DNA of 64,000 bases from a virus (taxonomy: Duplodnaviria > Caudoviricetes): IMG/VR virus record IMGVR_UViG_2593339134_000001; one strand, 5' to 3'. Of this stretch, positions 46,450 through 56,681 are shown in pieces. The first letter of the stretch is position 1; each line of letters opens with the position of its first letter. The notes under the pieces were generated by a model. The model was not told where the DNA came from. It made no database searches and worked only from the letters and a program-made list of their open reading frames with translations. Both the position numbers and the translations under genes were made by a program.

Positions 46450-48987
46450 TCAAGCGGCGGCTTTTTCCAACCCACCTTCCGCTTCCAGCAGGTCGAATAG
46501 CGTGGGCATGGCGTGGTCCCGTTCCGCCGCTTGCAGGTATTGCAGGCCGTCCAGGAAATAGGCCGGGTTGAGTTCCGACCCCCCGCCCCGCCTGCCCATC
46601 TTCACGGCGCAGTAGGGCACGGTCATCAGCCCGCCGAACGGGTCGTAGACCCGTTCGTCCCGGTTGCTGTAGCGCTCGATTAGGCGCTCCACGATGTCGA
46701 ATTGCAGGGGACAGACATGGTTCTGCAAGCCCTTCGCCGACTGGTTGCCGTTGAGGGTCCGCATCCGGTTGATGTCGTGCCAGACGGCGGGATGGCCGGA
46801 ACCGGGGGCGAGGCTCATGAAGCTGGACGGCAACGCGCCGCGGGCTTCGAGTTCCTCGCCGACCCTGACGTGGAACTCGTAGTCGTAGACGTGTTCCAGG
46901 CTGAACCGGGTGAAGGCCTTCGCCAGCTTGTCCGGCCCCATGCCCGCCAGATCATCGGCGGTCAAAGGCCGGTCGCCACGGGACCGCCACAGCGCATGGG
47001 CGTCCACCTGCCAGCGGGCGCGGGTGTAGGCGTCTTTGGATTTCTGCACCGGCACATCGGCGTAGCCTTTGGAGCGGTCGGTCTGGGGCTTGCGGAACAG
47101 CAGGATGTACTCGGGGGAACCCACGCCCATCTTGGTGCCGTCCTTGCACTGCTCCGACCAGCCCAGGCGGTAGGTCTGGTTGTTCTCGCGCACCACGTCG
47201 GTGACGACGGTGATCATGCCCAGGTATTGGAACCCGTGCCGGATGCCATGGAATATCGCCTCGGCATGGAACGGCGACACCGTGGGCACGCCCTGGCCGG
47301 TGACGTTGCCGAACAGGATGCGGTCCTTCACATGGCAGCAGTACAGCCGCCCCGGTTGCAGGATGCGCAGCAGCTCCGGCGTGAGGAAATCCATTTGCTC
47401 CCAGAAATGGGCGTTGTCCTCGGTGTGCCCGAAATCCTCGTAGGTCGGGGTGTATTCGTAGTGGTTGGCGAAGGGGATGCTGGTGACGATCAGGCCCACG
47501 GAGTTTTCCTCCACGCGCCGGGCCTCGTCCACGCAATCGTTGTTCGCCACCCGGAAACGCCCGTGCTTGCCGGAAACCTCCACCCGCTCCACGCCGATGG
47601 TCCGGGCCAGGGTGTCCGCGATGGATAGGGTGTTCAATCCGTGTTCTTGGATGATGTCGCTCATATTCGCCGCCAATTCGTTGTGCTGGGTCCACTTCTC
47701 CTGCAACGACCGCAGGATTTCCCGTTCCGCCTCGGTGTGGATGATGTGGATTTCACATTCTTCCGTCTGGAGGAACCGGTATATCCGGTGGATGGCCTGG
47801 ATGAAGTCGTTGAACCGGTACCCGATGCTGGTGAATATCGCCTTGTGGCAATGCCGTTGGAAATTGCACCCGGAACCGGATATTTCCTCCTTGGTGGCGA
47901 GATACTTGGCGCGGCCCTCCGAGAACGCCACCACCCGCCGCTCCCGCTCGTCCAGGTCCAGCGTGCCGTAGACCTCGGTGGCTTCCGGCCATGCCGCCTT
48001 GATGGCGTGCCGCTCGGCCTCCAGATGGTGCCAGAGGATGTAGTGGGAACCGGGGTCGGCCTTGAGGATGTCCACCATCTTGCGGATGCGGGCCTGGATG
48101 GAATCCCGTTTTTCGCCGGCGGCTTCCTTGAGGCCCATGGCCGCGTCGGGGAACAGCAAGCCCTGGCCGTCGCGCCCGTGGCCCACCAATTCCCCGGCGG
48201 GCACCTCGTGGTAGACCACCTTGAGCGGCGGCAGGTCGTAGCCTTCGTCGCTGTAGCCCAGGTCGGAAGGGCGTTGCAGGAACACGGCCCAGGAGTTGAG
48301 CCAGAGCCAAAATTCCCGTTCCTTGTGCGGATAGAGCGTGAGGTTGTTCGCCTGGGTGGAATCCCTTTTGAAGAACCTCGTGAGCGCCTGCCCGGTGTCC
48401 ATGATCCCCAGGAACCCGCCGTAGTGGATCAGTTCCTTGTAGCGGTTGGGGCTGGGGGTGGCCGTCGCCACGAACTTGTAGCGGACGCGGGCGAACAGGG
48501 GCAGGAACTCCTGGTAGGTCTTGGAGCCGAAGCTACGCAGCACGGACGCCTCGTCCAGGCTGACGGCGGTGAACCGGTTCGGATCGAGCTTCCCGTCCCG
48601 GAGGCTCTCGTAGTTGGTCAGGTAGAACCCGCTATCCACGTCCGGCCAAATTTCTTCGGTACGGCGGATGAACTTGAATTCCACCCCCAACATCTGGCCA
48701 TCGCGGCGGAACTCCTGGCGAACACCCAAGGGCAGGACCACCAGCACCGGCCCGCCCGCATATTTGAGGATCAGCCGTAGAATCTCGATCTGGATGACCG
48801 ACTTGCCCAGGCCGAACGCGGCGAACACGGCCCGCTGCCCGCCCTTCACCGCCCACCGCACGATGTCGCGCTGGTGGGGTTTCAGGATGGGGTTGATTTC
48901 CGACGGGGCCACGTCGAAGCCGCCGAATCCGGCCAGCTTGATCTTGTCCCGCAGGAATTCCTGGTAGGTTTTTCCGTTTTGGTTCAT
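46450..48987 (-). CDS. SNF2-like helicase fused to N4/N6 DNA methyltransferase
   Basis: FGLGKS, LDEAS, TATPSPN; TSIPF (motif IV variant), HVCPLQ, DPFGG. Confidence 0.88.
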   Translation of the reverse strand: MNQNGKTYQEFLRDKIKLAGFGGFDVAPSEINPILKPHQRDIVRWAVKGGQRAVFAAFGLGKSVIQIEILRLILKYAGGPVLVVLPLGVRQEFRRDGQMLGVEFKFIRRTEEIWPDVDSGFYLTNYESLRDGKLDPNRFTAVSLDEASVLRSFGSKTYQEFLPLFARVRYKFVATATPSPNRYKELIHYGGFLGIMDTGQALTRFFKRDSTQANNLTLYPHKEREFWLWLNSWAVFLQRPSDLGYSDEGYDLPPLKVVYHEVPAGELVGHGRDGQGLLFPDAAMGLKEAAGEKRDSIQARIRKMVDILKADPGSHYILWHHLEAERHAIKAAWPEATEVYGTLDLDERERRVVAFSEGRAKYLATKEEISGSGCNFQRHCHKAIFTSIGYRFNDFIQAIHRIYRFLQTEECEIHIIHTEAEREILRSLQEKWTQHNELAANMSDIIQEHGLNTLSIADTLARTIGVERVEVSGKHGRFRVANNDCVDEARRVEENSVGLIVTSIPFANHYEYTPTYEDFGHTEDNAHFWEQMDFLTPELLRILQPGRLYCCHVKDRILFGNVTGQGVPTVSPFHAEAIFHGIRHGFQYLGMITVVTDVVRENNQTYRLGWSEQCKDGTKMGVGSPEYILLFRKPQTDRSKGYADVPVQKSKDAYTRARWQVDAHALWRSRGDRPLTADDLAGMGPDKLAKAFTRFSLEHVYDYEFHVRVGEELEARGALPSSFMSLAPGSGHPAVWHDINRMRTLNGNQSAKGLQNHVCPLQFDIVERLIERYSNRDERVYDPFGGLMTVPYCAVKMGRRGGGSELNPAYFLDGLQYLQAAERDHAMPTLFDLLEAEGGLEKAAA

Positions 48988-51362
48988 ACGCTTCCCCCCG
49001 GAGGCGTATCGCCGGATTCCTCCGCGAATACCTCCGCGGCCCCGGCCTCCTTGACGAACCGCGCCGCGATGTAGACCTTGCCGCCGCGCCCCCTGGGCAT
49101 CTGCACGACCTCCCCATCCTCCAGCAGCAAATCCATCGTCTCGGCCCGCTTTTCCTTGGAAAGCTTCTTGAAGGCCCAACAGCGCTGGCTCAGGTCTTTC
49201 GGGGTCCGGCCCTCCGCGCCGCCCTGGGCGATATGGTCGAGGATTTGCTGGTACTGGGTCAGCTTCCCGTCGTCGGTGCTGAGGATGTTGAAGGCTTCCA
49301 GGAACGCCCGGACGTTGGCGGCCACGTAACCGGAAGTCCAGGCCAGGATTTCCCGCGACACCACCGGATGGGGCGGGTTGGCCCACACCGCCAGGACGGC
49401 GCACAGCCGCCGCAGGATGGCCCGCGCCGACAGCAGGATGGGCCGGGCCTCGCGCCGGTCGGAGATCGCCATGATCGCCGCGTAGGCCGCGTCGAGCTTG
49501 GCGTCGAACCGCACGGTCCTCAGGTCCGGCTCTTGCGCGGGGTTGTCCTTCACCAGGTCGGTGTCGTCGCCTTGCTCGATCAGGCGGATGGCCTGGAGAT
49601 GCGCGGCGATCCAGCCCGGCACGTCGCCGGGCTCGGGGTCGTTCATGGTGTAGGCGGCGGGGTCTTCCGGGGCCAGGACGAACAGGAATTGTTCGAGGGC
49701 GCCGCGCCCGAGTTCGGAGGCCCGGACCACGGTGGAGAGCTGGTCCGCCGAAATCATGGCCAGGATGGACAGCGCGGGGTGGTGGATGACCACCCGCTCG
49801 CCCTGCTTGCCAATCCCGGCCTCCTGCCCGTTGTTGAGGTATATGGGCTTGGCGTTGTGGATATCGGCGAAGATCGACAGGGTCTGCTCATGCGCCCCTG
49901 ACGGCTGGCGCTTGGCGAACGCGAGCTGGGAGCCATAGTCGTCCGAGACGTAGAGCAGGGCGGGCGAGCGGTGCAGCATGTTGTAGAGCACGCCCGGCGA
50001 CGAGAACCGGCCATTGGCGATCATGCCCGCGTATCCGGCTTCGGCCAGGGCGCGGTGCAGGGCCGGTTTGTAGTGCCGCACCAGGCCGATGGAATGGGTG
50101 ACGATGCCGGTGTAGAGGTTCAGCGGGTCGCCGAACTCCGTCCGGTACCGGCGGCTGGCGGCGGCGCTGGCCAGGGCGATGGCCGCTATCTGCCCGGTCT
50201 GCCAACAGATTTCCGGGGCCTCCGATTGCAGCCACGCCGCCACCTCGTTCAGCGTCTCGCAGGGGAACGGCCTGTGTTGGGCCGGGGCTTCCGGCACCAC
50301 CTCGTACTTCTTCTGCCGGTTCATTTCCGCGATGTTCTCGGGATCGAAGAACTCGTCGACGCCCGGATTGTTGGCCGGGTCGGAGAGGTCCACGTCCAGC
50401 CGGTTTTCCAACCTCCAGCGTTCCGCCTGGGCGCGGGCACGGGGAATCTGCCGGGCCACCCATTGCATGGCCGAGGCGCGGATGCCCTTGCGGTTCCCCA
50501 GCGGCTTCCCGCTCATCGCGTAGGCCGGGCATGTCGCCACGCCGCACATCGTTTCGTCGTCCAGGCCGGCGGCGGCCAGGGCGCAGAGCATGGCGAAGAA
50601 ATACTCGGAACGGCTGGGCCAGCGCCCCTCGTCCTCCGGGGCCGGGCCGGACCTGATCTTTTCCTTGATGCCTTCCGGCAACGGCAGGGCGTCGAGGTCC
50701 ACGTCGGCGGCGCTGATGGGGATGACGACGGCGCGGTGGATATCGGTTTCCGGGACGGTCTCCAGCGCCTCGTAGAAGGCTTCCGGCACGTCGGGGATGC
50801 GGTCGAGGGGCACCGCCTCGGTGTAGACGCCCCCCGACGGGTGGACCGAACCGGGGGCCACGAACTGCCGCCCGGTGGAACCGATATCCACCTCCCAGGC
50901 CGGTACCCGCTTCTTCCGGGCCGGGTCGTACACCGTGTCCTTGGAGCGCCGGAAGTGGCAGGTGTGGGGTAGCCGCTCGATCTCGACGGCGGCGTAGTAG
51001 TGGCGGGAGCCGTTGCCGCGCCCGGACAGGACGGTCGGATATTGGCCGGGGTTCTCCAGCAGTTCCTCGACGGCGGCGTAGGCTTCCTGGAAGTGGCGGG
51101 CCTCGTCCGAGCGCACGTCCATGTCCACGCCCACGCAACACACGCCCTCCCGCAGCACCGACCGGACGCCCAGCCGGATGCCCAGGTTGTAGCCTTGCCG
51201 CCAGCTTTGCTTGAGTTCGGACAGGGTCTTGCGGTCCTGGGTGGTCCATTGGTTTTGGACGGGCGCCTTGTCGCGCTCCCGGAGCCAGATCAAATCCAGG
51301 TCGACCGGCCATAGCCGGTTGATGGCCTGGAACAGGTTGGGTTGTTGGGCCGGTGCCGTCAT
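48984..51362 (-). CDS. Prim-Pol primase/polymerase fused to DUF3987-like domain
   Basis: NLGIRLG, VDMD, SRHYY, FVAPGSVHPSG..Y; SRSE PriCT-like segment. Confidence 0.8.
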   Translation of the reverse strand: MTAPAQQPNLFQAINRLWPVDLDLIWLRERDKAPVQNQWTTQDRKTLSELKQSWRQGYNLGIRLGVRSVLREGVCCVGVDMDVRSDEARHFQEAYAAVEELLENPGQYPTVLSGRGNGSRHYYAAVEIERLPHTCHFRRSKDTVYDPARKKRVPAWEVDIGSTGRQFVAPGSVHPSGGVYTEAVPLDRIPDVPEAFYEALETVPETDIHRAVVIPISAADVDLDALPLPEGIKEKIRSGPAPEDEGRWPSRSEYFFAMLCALAAAGLDDETMCGVATCPAYAMSGKPLGNRKGIRASAMQWVARQIPRARAQAERWRLENRLDVDLSDPANNPGVDEFFDPENIAEMNRQKKYEVVPEAPAQHRPFPCETLNEVAAWLQSEAPEICWQTGQIAAIALASAAASRRYRTEFGDPLNLYTGIVTHSIGLVRHYKPALHRALAEAGYAGMIANGRFSSPGVLYNMLHRSPALLYVSDDYGSQLAFAKRQPSGAHEQTLSIFADIHNAKPIYLNNGQEAGIGKQGERVVIHHPALSILAMISADQLSTVVRASELGRGALEQFLFVLAPEDPAAYTMNDPEPGDVPGWIAAHLQAIRLIEQGDDTDLVKDNPAQEPDLRTVRFDAKLDAAYAAIMAISDRREARPILLSARAILRRLCAVLAVWANPPHPVVSREILAWTSGYVAANVRAFLEAFNILSTDDGKLTQYQQILDHIAQGGAEGRTPKDLSQRCWAFKKLSKEKRAETMDLLLEDGEVVQMPRGRGGKVYIAARFVKEAGAAEVFAEESGDTPPGGSV

Positions 51363-51469
51363 TTCCGCGCCTCCGTTCCGTGGGAAGGGGCCATGAGCCC
51401 ATCGAGGGTGCGTGGGTGCAGTGGTATACTGGGCATGTCGATCACCTCCTGTTTAGGTGGTTGAAGTGG

Positions 51470-51505
51470 AACCCGGCGCTGTGTCACCAGTGGCCGGGTT
51501 TTTTG
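51470..51505 (+). terminator. Hairpin with T tract
   Basis: AACCCGGC...GCCGGGTTTTTT. Confidence 0.5.
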
Positions 51506-51567
51506 TTGCCTTGAGCCGCCTTCCGGCCGCCCTGGTTCCATCGGCGTTCATCAGCTATCCCGCGAAA

Positions 51568-52038
51568 TCATTCAGCTATCCTCACGACCCGGAACAGCGG
51601 CTTTTCCCACCGTTTCTTCGCGCAGGTCGGTGCCTTGGTTTCCCTGGGGCGGGAGGGGCACGACCATTCCCGGTGCCCTTGGGTCATGGCCGCGAAGGTC
51701 CAGCCCGCCGCTTCCAGGCTGGTCCCGGCCTCGGTGTCCAGGGTGTAGGTGACGATCCGGCGGTAGCCCATTGCCCGGCAGATCCGGGCGGCGGTGCCGT
51801 ACAGTTTCGAGCAGGCGTTGCGGGTGCCGTCGGTGCAGCAGCGCGTGACTTCCGCGGTGAAACCGTCGTCCAGGGCGCGGGCCACGGGCCGGCCCACCAC
51901 GATGACGCCCACCAGGTCATCCCCCCGCGACACCCCGACGCCGAACTTCCACGAGCGGGTGGGGCCGTGGTGGCGGTGGTGGCGGGCGATGAACGCCTTG
52001 GCCGTATCGAACGTCACCGGGCGGATTTCCAGGCTCAT
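51568..52038 (-). CDS. XF1762-family (Mom-like GNAT) protein
   Basis: HHRHH, VGRPVAR.LDDG.TAEVTR.CTDG..NACSKLY, TYTL..E.GTSL.AAGW. Confidence 0.75.
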   Translation of the reverse strand: MSLEIRPVTFDTAKAFIARHHRHHGPTRSWKFGVGVSRGDDLVGVIVVGRPVARALDDGFTAEVTRCCTDGTRNACSKLYGTAARICRAMGYRRIVTYTLDTEAGTSLEAAGWTFAAMTQGHREWSCPSRPRETKAPTCAKKRWEKPLFRVVRIAE

Positions 52039-52415
52039 GGAGCCTTCTCCACCCGGTAGCCGACATCCCGCACGAGCTGGATCAGCGTCGGCATCATCCC
52101 TTGCAGGGTTTTGGCGGCCTGCTCGGCCTTCTGCTCCGGCTCCACCAGATGGGTCGCGTTCAACCAATACAGGATGGGCTTCCCTTCCTCCCCGAGCGCC
52201 GCGATGAGCAGCGAAAGCTTCTTGAGCGGGAAATTCACGTTGTCGGCACCGTTGGCCGAGAGCTTCCGGCTCAGCGCGTTCTCGTCACGTTCCCCGAGTT
52301 TGTCGGCCAGCACCTTGAGGGGGATGCCGGACGCCTTCACCGATGCCCGCACCACGGACATGAGGTCGGGGTATTGGTAGGTGATATCCGGTGGTACGTC
52401 GAGTTTCAGTTCCAT
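52035..52415 (-). CDS. CII-like regulator
   Basis: Follows cro; LKVLADKLG....LSRKL HTH; start uncertain. Confidence 0.6.
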   Translation of the reverse strand: MELKLDVPPDITYQYPDLMSVVRASVKASGIPLKVLADKLGERDENALSRKLSANGADNVNFPLKKLSLLIAALGEEGKPILYWLNATHLVEPEQKAEQAAKTLQGMMPTLIQLVRDVGYRVEKAP

Positions 52416-52738
52416 GATCCTGGGGCGGTACGGCATAGCTGAACATTCCCTGTCATAGCTGATGGTTGCTGGTAGAGACGCACGCCGATCCAGGCGTGCA
52501 TCATTTCCCCACCGAATATCGGAGGGGCTTTCCAAATGCGATACGAAATCATCAATTCCGGCCCGGATTCCTTGCTCCGGCTCCACTGCGCTTGCGGCCA
52601 CGCCATCGATATACCTATGGCCTTGTTGGAAGCGGGCCACCTCATGCAATGCCCCGGATGCCAGGGCTATTTCCGGCTGCCCGGCGAGCGCGTCGCCGAC
52701 GCGGACTACCAGGGGGCGGATGAATGAGCGCCCCACGC

Positions 52739-53008
52739 CTAGGCGGCTTGGTTCAAAGTTTCCGCATCCTCCGGCACGCGCTTGGCCGTGCCCCGGATGT
52801 AGGCCCAATGCTCGATCAGGTCGGGGCGCAGTTCCTCGACCGTAACCGCGCCGCCGGACTGGCGCTCGATGGCCATGGCGAGGGTTTCGGAAGCCTGCTT
52901 TGCCCGATACGCCACGAATTTGATGTGCTGCAAGGTGCAGCTACACCGGGTGGCGAAGTCTTCTTTCTGTTGTTGGCTCAAGGAGCGCAGATATGTCTTT
53001 AGGTCCAT
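52739..53008 (-). CDS. Cro-like (YdaS family) repressor
   Basis: LAMAIERQSGGAVTVEELRPD. Confidence 0.85.
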   Translation of the reverse strand: MDLKTYLRSLSQQQKEDFATRCSCTLQHIKFVAYRAKQASETLAMAIERQSGGAVTVEELRPDLIEHWAYIRGTAKRVPEDAETLNQAA

Positions 53009-53019
53009 GCGGCAAAGAT

Positions 53020-53073
53020 TACCTACTTGGGTACCATCATGCAATACCTATCCAGAGAATACCCAAGCCGGTA
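53020..53073. promoter_or_regulatory. Operators between cro and cI
   Basis: TACCTACTTGGGTA (53020), degenerate middle site, TACCCAAGCCGGTA (53060). Confidence 0.75.
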
Positions 53074-53094
53074 GCGGTGGGGTGTAATTACGCG

Positions 53095-53481
53095 ATGAAC
53101 ATCAAATCGATCCGGCGCCAGAACCTACTCAAGCTCATCGAGGAGCGATTCGAGGGCAACAAAGCTGCATTTGCGCGGGCCATCGACCGTCCGGCCCCGA
53201 ATGTTCATCGGATGCTGATCGACGTTGAGACCGTTCCTGTCGAGAAGGGGAAAAAAGACAATCGCGGGATTGGCGAAAAGCTAGCCCGCGACATTGAAGG
53301 CAAACTCGGCCTCGGCCCGCTTTGGCTGGACCAAGCAAACCCACACGAAACAATGGCACTGTCTCAGGACGAGGCGGTGTTCATTGAAAAAATCAAGCAA
53401 GAGATTGAAACGCGCCAGGTTCCCGACCATATGCGTGAAACCATTTTGGCCATCCTGGGCAGTTCTCCACAAAAAAAATGA
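53095..53481 (+). CDS. CI-like repressor without S24 peptidase domain
   Basis: IRRQNL..LI......AAFA...IGEKLARDIE.KLGL...WLD; 128 aa; divergent from cro. Confidence 0.8.
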   Translation: MNIKSIRRQNLLKLIEERFEGNKAAFARAIDRPAPNVHRMLIDVETVPVEKGKKDNRGIGEKLARDIEGKLGLGPLWLDQANPHETMALSQDEAVFIEKIKQEIETRQVPDHMRETILAILGSSPQKK

Positions 53482-53490
53482 ATTCAATCC

Positions 53491-54207
53491 ATGAAAATTC
53501 GTGTTGGCGTCCTTGTGTCCAAGGGCAAAAAAACTGGCGAGGGGCATACCAAGCCCTACAGGGCTGCGGTGAAAGTTGATGGTCAACAATATGCGGCTAT
53601 TGTCAAGCATTTGCCTTTGGATACGGTGCTGGCGGAATGTGTTTGCGCCATGGTGATGCGCGGATGGGGGCTGCCCGTACCGGAACCGGTGCTGATCCGC
53701 GAGCATGGGGAGTGGTTATTCGCCAGCCTGGAGGTTGGGTATCCCAACCTTAAGCAGCGCTTGGGGTTGCACGACGGTTTACCACCAGACACCCAGGTGC
53801 TTTTAACGAAATATGCCGCCATGATTGTGTGTGGATGGGCTGACGCTCCACGCGCCCTGGCAGTGGACGAGCTTATCGCCAACGCCGACCGGAACTTGGG
53901 GAATTTCCTATGGGATGGCGTGGATCACGCTTATATTGACCACGAACGCACCCTCGGCTTAGCTCCCCATGAGCACAACATCATGGTTGTGCTGGCCGAA
54001 CTCGCCGGAAAACTGGACGCGATGGAGTCCGGGGCTGTCGCTTCCGCTTTGGCATTGGACCGCAGCATTCCTAGCGAGATTGAATCGCCCGAAGACGTGG
54101 ATTTTTCAGGCTATGTTCACTACATTGAAAAAAGGCTGGGAGAGCTTCCGGCCAAGGTTTTGGAGCGATTTCCCCAACCGGACGACCTTTTCGCGGTGAA
54201 GCCATGA
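53491..54207 (+). CDS. HipA-like kinase
   Basis: LAECVC......GLPVPEP, DELIANADRNLGNFL, IDH. Confidence 0.8.
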   Translation: MKIRVGVLVSKGKKTGEGHTKPYRAAVKVDGQQYAAIVKHLPLDTVLAECVCAMVMRGWGLPVPEPVLIREHGEWLFASLEVGYPNLKQRLGLHDGLPPDTQVLLTKYAAMIVCGWADAPRALAVDELIANADRNLGNFLWDGVDHAYIDHERTLGLAPHEHNIMVVLAELAGKLDAMESGAVASALALDRSIPSEIESPEDVDFSGYVHYIEKRLGELPAKVLERFPQPDDLFAVKP

Positions 54208-55028
54208 CCACTAATGCCTTATGGAGACCCGTCTTTTGGGAGCCTGTCGCGGATACCGGCGAACGGCTGATGGTGGGCGTTTTGCTGGATTTCGCCGACC
54301 AAATCACCGCCCATCGCATCATCCGCGACGATGTACTCGATTCCCTTTATGGCAATAAAGCTGCCGTTGGCGCGCGCACCTTGATCGAAACAGGATTGAA
54401 AATGCTGGTCGATGTGACCAGGGTAGGCTCTATCCGTGAAGCGTCTCCCACGTTGTTGGGCTTGGAGGCCGGCCCATTGAAAGAATCCTATGCGGAATCC
54501 TTGGCGGAAGCCTTGAGGACTGCCGCGCTTTTGCATTCGAGCCTAGCCAACATGGATAAACTTGAGGATATCGAGGAATCGGTGGAACCCGTGCCCGAGG
54601 AAGCCAACCGGTTGTTTGCTACCGAGGTCAGGATCCACGTACTTAACGAGCGCCCGGATCTGGAGAAGTGTTTCAACCGAGCTTTACCCTTAATTCCAAA
54701 CGGCCAACCCATCAAGTTTGGTTTTTGCTCTCCGCGCTCGCTTATCCATTTCGGCATGATGTCCCCATCCCGGCAATCGGCGGGCTTGAGGGATGCCCAT
54801 GCCCGTCTCTGGGAGCTTTACCGGGCCAAGGAATTCTCCGGCATTTCCATGGCGGCCTTGATTTTGGCCTCGCCCCGCCAGGATGATGCCATCCTGTCGC
54901 CGAAGCAGCGCGAATCGCTCGATAAAATCCTCCGCGAAATTGAGCGCGAAGCGGACAGCTACGAAATGCGCTTCATCCCCGTCACCACCGTGCGGGATGG
55001 AGCAAGCCGAGTGATTGAATTCGCCTGA
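54204..55028 (+). CDS. Kinase partner protein (DUF3037-like N-terminus)
   Basis: ATGA overlap; WEPVADTGERLMVGVL. Confidence 0.6.
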   Translation: MTTNALWRPVFWEPVADTGERLMVGVLLDFADQITAHRIIRDDVLDSLYGNKAAVGARTLIETGLKMLVDVTRVGSIREASPTLLGLEAGPLKESYAESLAEALRTAALLHSSLANMDKLEDIEESVEPVPEEANRLFATEVRIHVLNERPDLEKCFNRALPLIPNGQPIKFGFCSPRSLIHFGMMSPSRQSAGLRDAHARLWELYRAKEFSGISMAALILASPRQDDAILSPKQRESLDKILREIEREADSYEMRFIPVTTVRDGASRVIEFA

Positions 55029-55037
55029 CGATTATCG

Positions 55038-55133
55038 AACCCGCCCCGAGCGGGTTTTTTAGTGCCCATCCCAGCCCGCCCAGCGCGGGCTTTTTCATGC
55101 CCATTCCTAGCCCGGCCCGTCCGGGCTTTTTTG
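55038..55133 (+). terminator. Three tandem intrinsic terminators
   Basis: CCCGC/GCGGG-T6, GCCCGC/GCGGGC-T5, GCCCGG/CCGGGC-T6. Confidence 0.75.
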
Positions 55134-55148
55134 TGTCCGCGTAAAAAA

Positions 55149-55187
55149 TACCTACTTAGGTATTGCACAACAATACCCAAGTAGGTA
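55149..55187. promoter_or_regulatory. Operators of the early operon
   Basis: TACCTACTTAGGTA and TACCCAAGTAGGTA, same consensus as the cI/cro operators. Confidence 0.78.
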
Positions 55188-55289
55188 GCATTTCTCCCAA
55201 GCCGCCCCGCCCACCACGCAAACCAACGGTCAGTCCCCCAAACCAGGCGCGGGCGGCTCCACAAGCGAACGAACAACGGGAAAAAGAAC

Positions 55290-55829
55290 ATGCCGACCCC
55301 AACCCGCCAAACCCTGATTGCCAGCATCCGCAAACACATTCTGGCCGCTCCCGACGAACCCGTCACCGTCGTCGCCGCCGCCGAGTCCACCGAAAAAACC
55401 TACCGCATCCCGGCCCCGCCCGCCGATGTCGTGCCCGGCGTCCCGACCTCCGGGACCACCTATCCGGTGTTCGAGAGCAAGGCGGAAATCGCCGCGGCGA
55501 TGGCCGAGCCGAAAGCGCCCGCCACCAAACCGGACCCCGCCTTGGCCCTGGCCTACGCCTCGTCCGACCTGGACGCGCCCCGGACGCCCAGCCCCTCCCG
55601 CGTCCTGTTCAAGCAGGCCCACGGCGCGGCCCGGCTGGGATGGGATTTATCCAGCCTCCCCGAAGCCATCCAACGGGCCGCGAGAACGGCCCGTCGCCCG
55701 GGCCACTTGGAACGCCGCGTCCACGACGCCTACCGGACGCTGAGGGCCACATTCCGGGGCCGGCCGGAAGCGTTCCGGGCATTCATCCGGGCCAAGGCGG
55801 GGGTGGACACCATTATCCCGCCCACCTGA
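55290..55829 (+). CDS. Early hypothetical protein
   Basis: First ORF after the operators. Confidence 0.55.
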   Translation: MPTPTRQTLIASIRKHILAAPDEPVTVVAAAESTEKTYRIPAPPADVVPGVPTSGTTYPVFESKAEIAAAMAEPKAPATKPDPALALAYASSDLDAPRTPSPSRVLFKQAHGAARLGWDLSSLPEAIQRAARTARRPGHLERRVHDAYRTLRATFRGRPEAFRAFIRAKAGVDTIIPPT

Positions 55830-55889
55830 AAACCTCCCTTCCCCGGCGGCGACGTGGGTTCCGCCGGGATTTTTTAGGAGAACCCCAAC

Positions 55890-56072
55890 ATGCGAACCCT
55901 CAAGCACGCCAAGCTCCGCCAAATCCTGGCCCAAGGCCGCGCCCGCGCCCTGGTCGATGAACAGCATTTCGCGCAGCGCCGGGCCGAGAAGGCGCAAGCC
56001 GCCATCGCCGACCTGGAATGCGAGGCCAACGCCCCGCGCGGCCCGGTGCAACCGAAGGTATGGCCCCTGTGA
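55890..56072 (+). CDS. Small early hypothetical protein
   Basis: AGGAG RBS. Confidence 0.55.
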   Translation: MRTLKHAKLRQILAQGRARALVDEQHFAQRRAEKAQAAIADLECEANAPRGPVQPKVWPL

Positions 56073-56328
56073 TAGCGATGTCGGCCTTGGTCCTCTTTCT
56101 GGCCCAGCCGCCGCCCGGCACGGCTGCCCCCCCCGCAGGGGCACCGGATACCGCGTGGAACTGGACCACGTAGGCTCGGGTGATAACACGAAATCGATGA
56201 ATTCCCCCGCCGGGAATGGCCATCGCGGAAGCGAAAAAGTGCCTGGCGGGGAACCCCACGGGGTCATACGTCCCGGCCCTGGCCGGAACGGCAATATCAA
56301 ACCATTTCATTCCATATTGGAGAAAACC

Positions 56329-56619
56329 ATGTCCGAGAACGCCAACGAGATCGCCGAAACCACCTCCGCCGAAGCCGCCGAGGTGGCCACCGAGCGCTTG
56401 GACGAAGCGACGGAAGCCGACGACGAAACCGCCAGCGAATCCGATGGCCCCAGCGCGGCCTTCGTCGAGGGCCAGCAAGCCGCGCTGTCCGGCCTGACCG
56501 ATGCCGACAATCCGCACCCCATCGGCAGCGGTGAAGCCGTGGATTGGAACGACGGTTGGGTATCCATCGATGTCGGCATCAACCAAAGCGCCGACCCGAA
56601 CGCCGCCGATTACGAATAA
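56329..56619 (+). CDS. Very acidic protein with Rmf-like motif
   Basis: GGAG RBS; AFVEGQQAALSG....NPHP......WNDGW. Confidence 0.6.
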   Translation: MSENANEIAETTSAEAAEVATERLDEATEADDETASESDGPSAAFVEGQQAALSGLTDADNPHPIGSGEAVDWNDGWVSIDVGINQSADPNAADYE

Positions 56620-56681
56620 CCGGTCCCGACAACCCCAAGGGGGCGGCGACGCCCCCGCTCGAACCCCTCAAGGTGGGGAAT

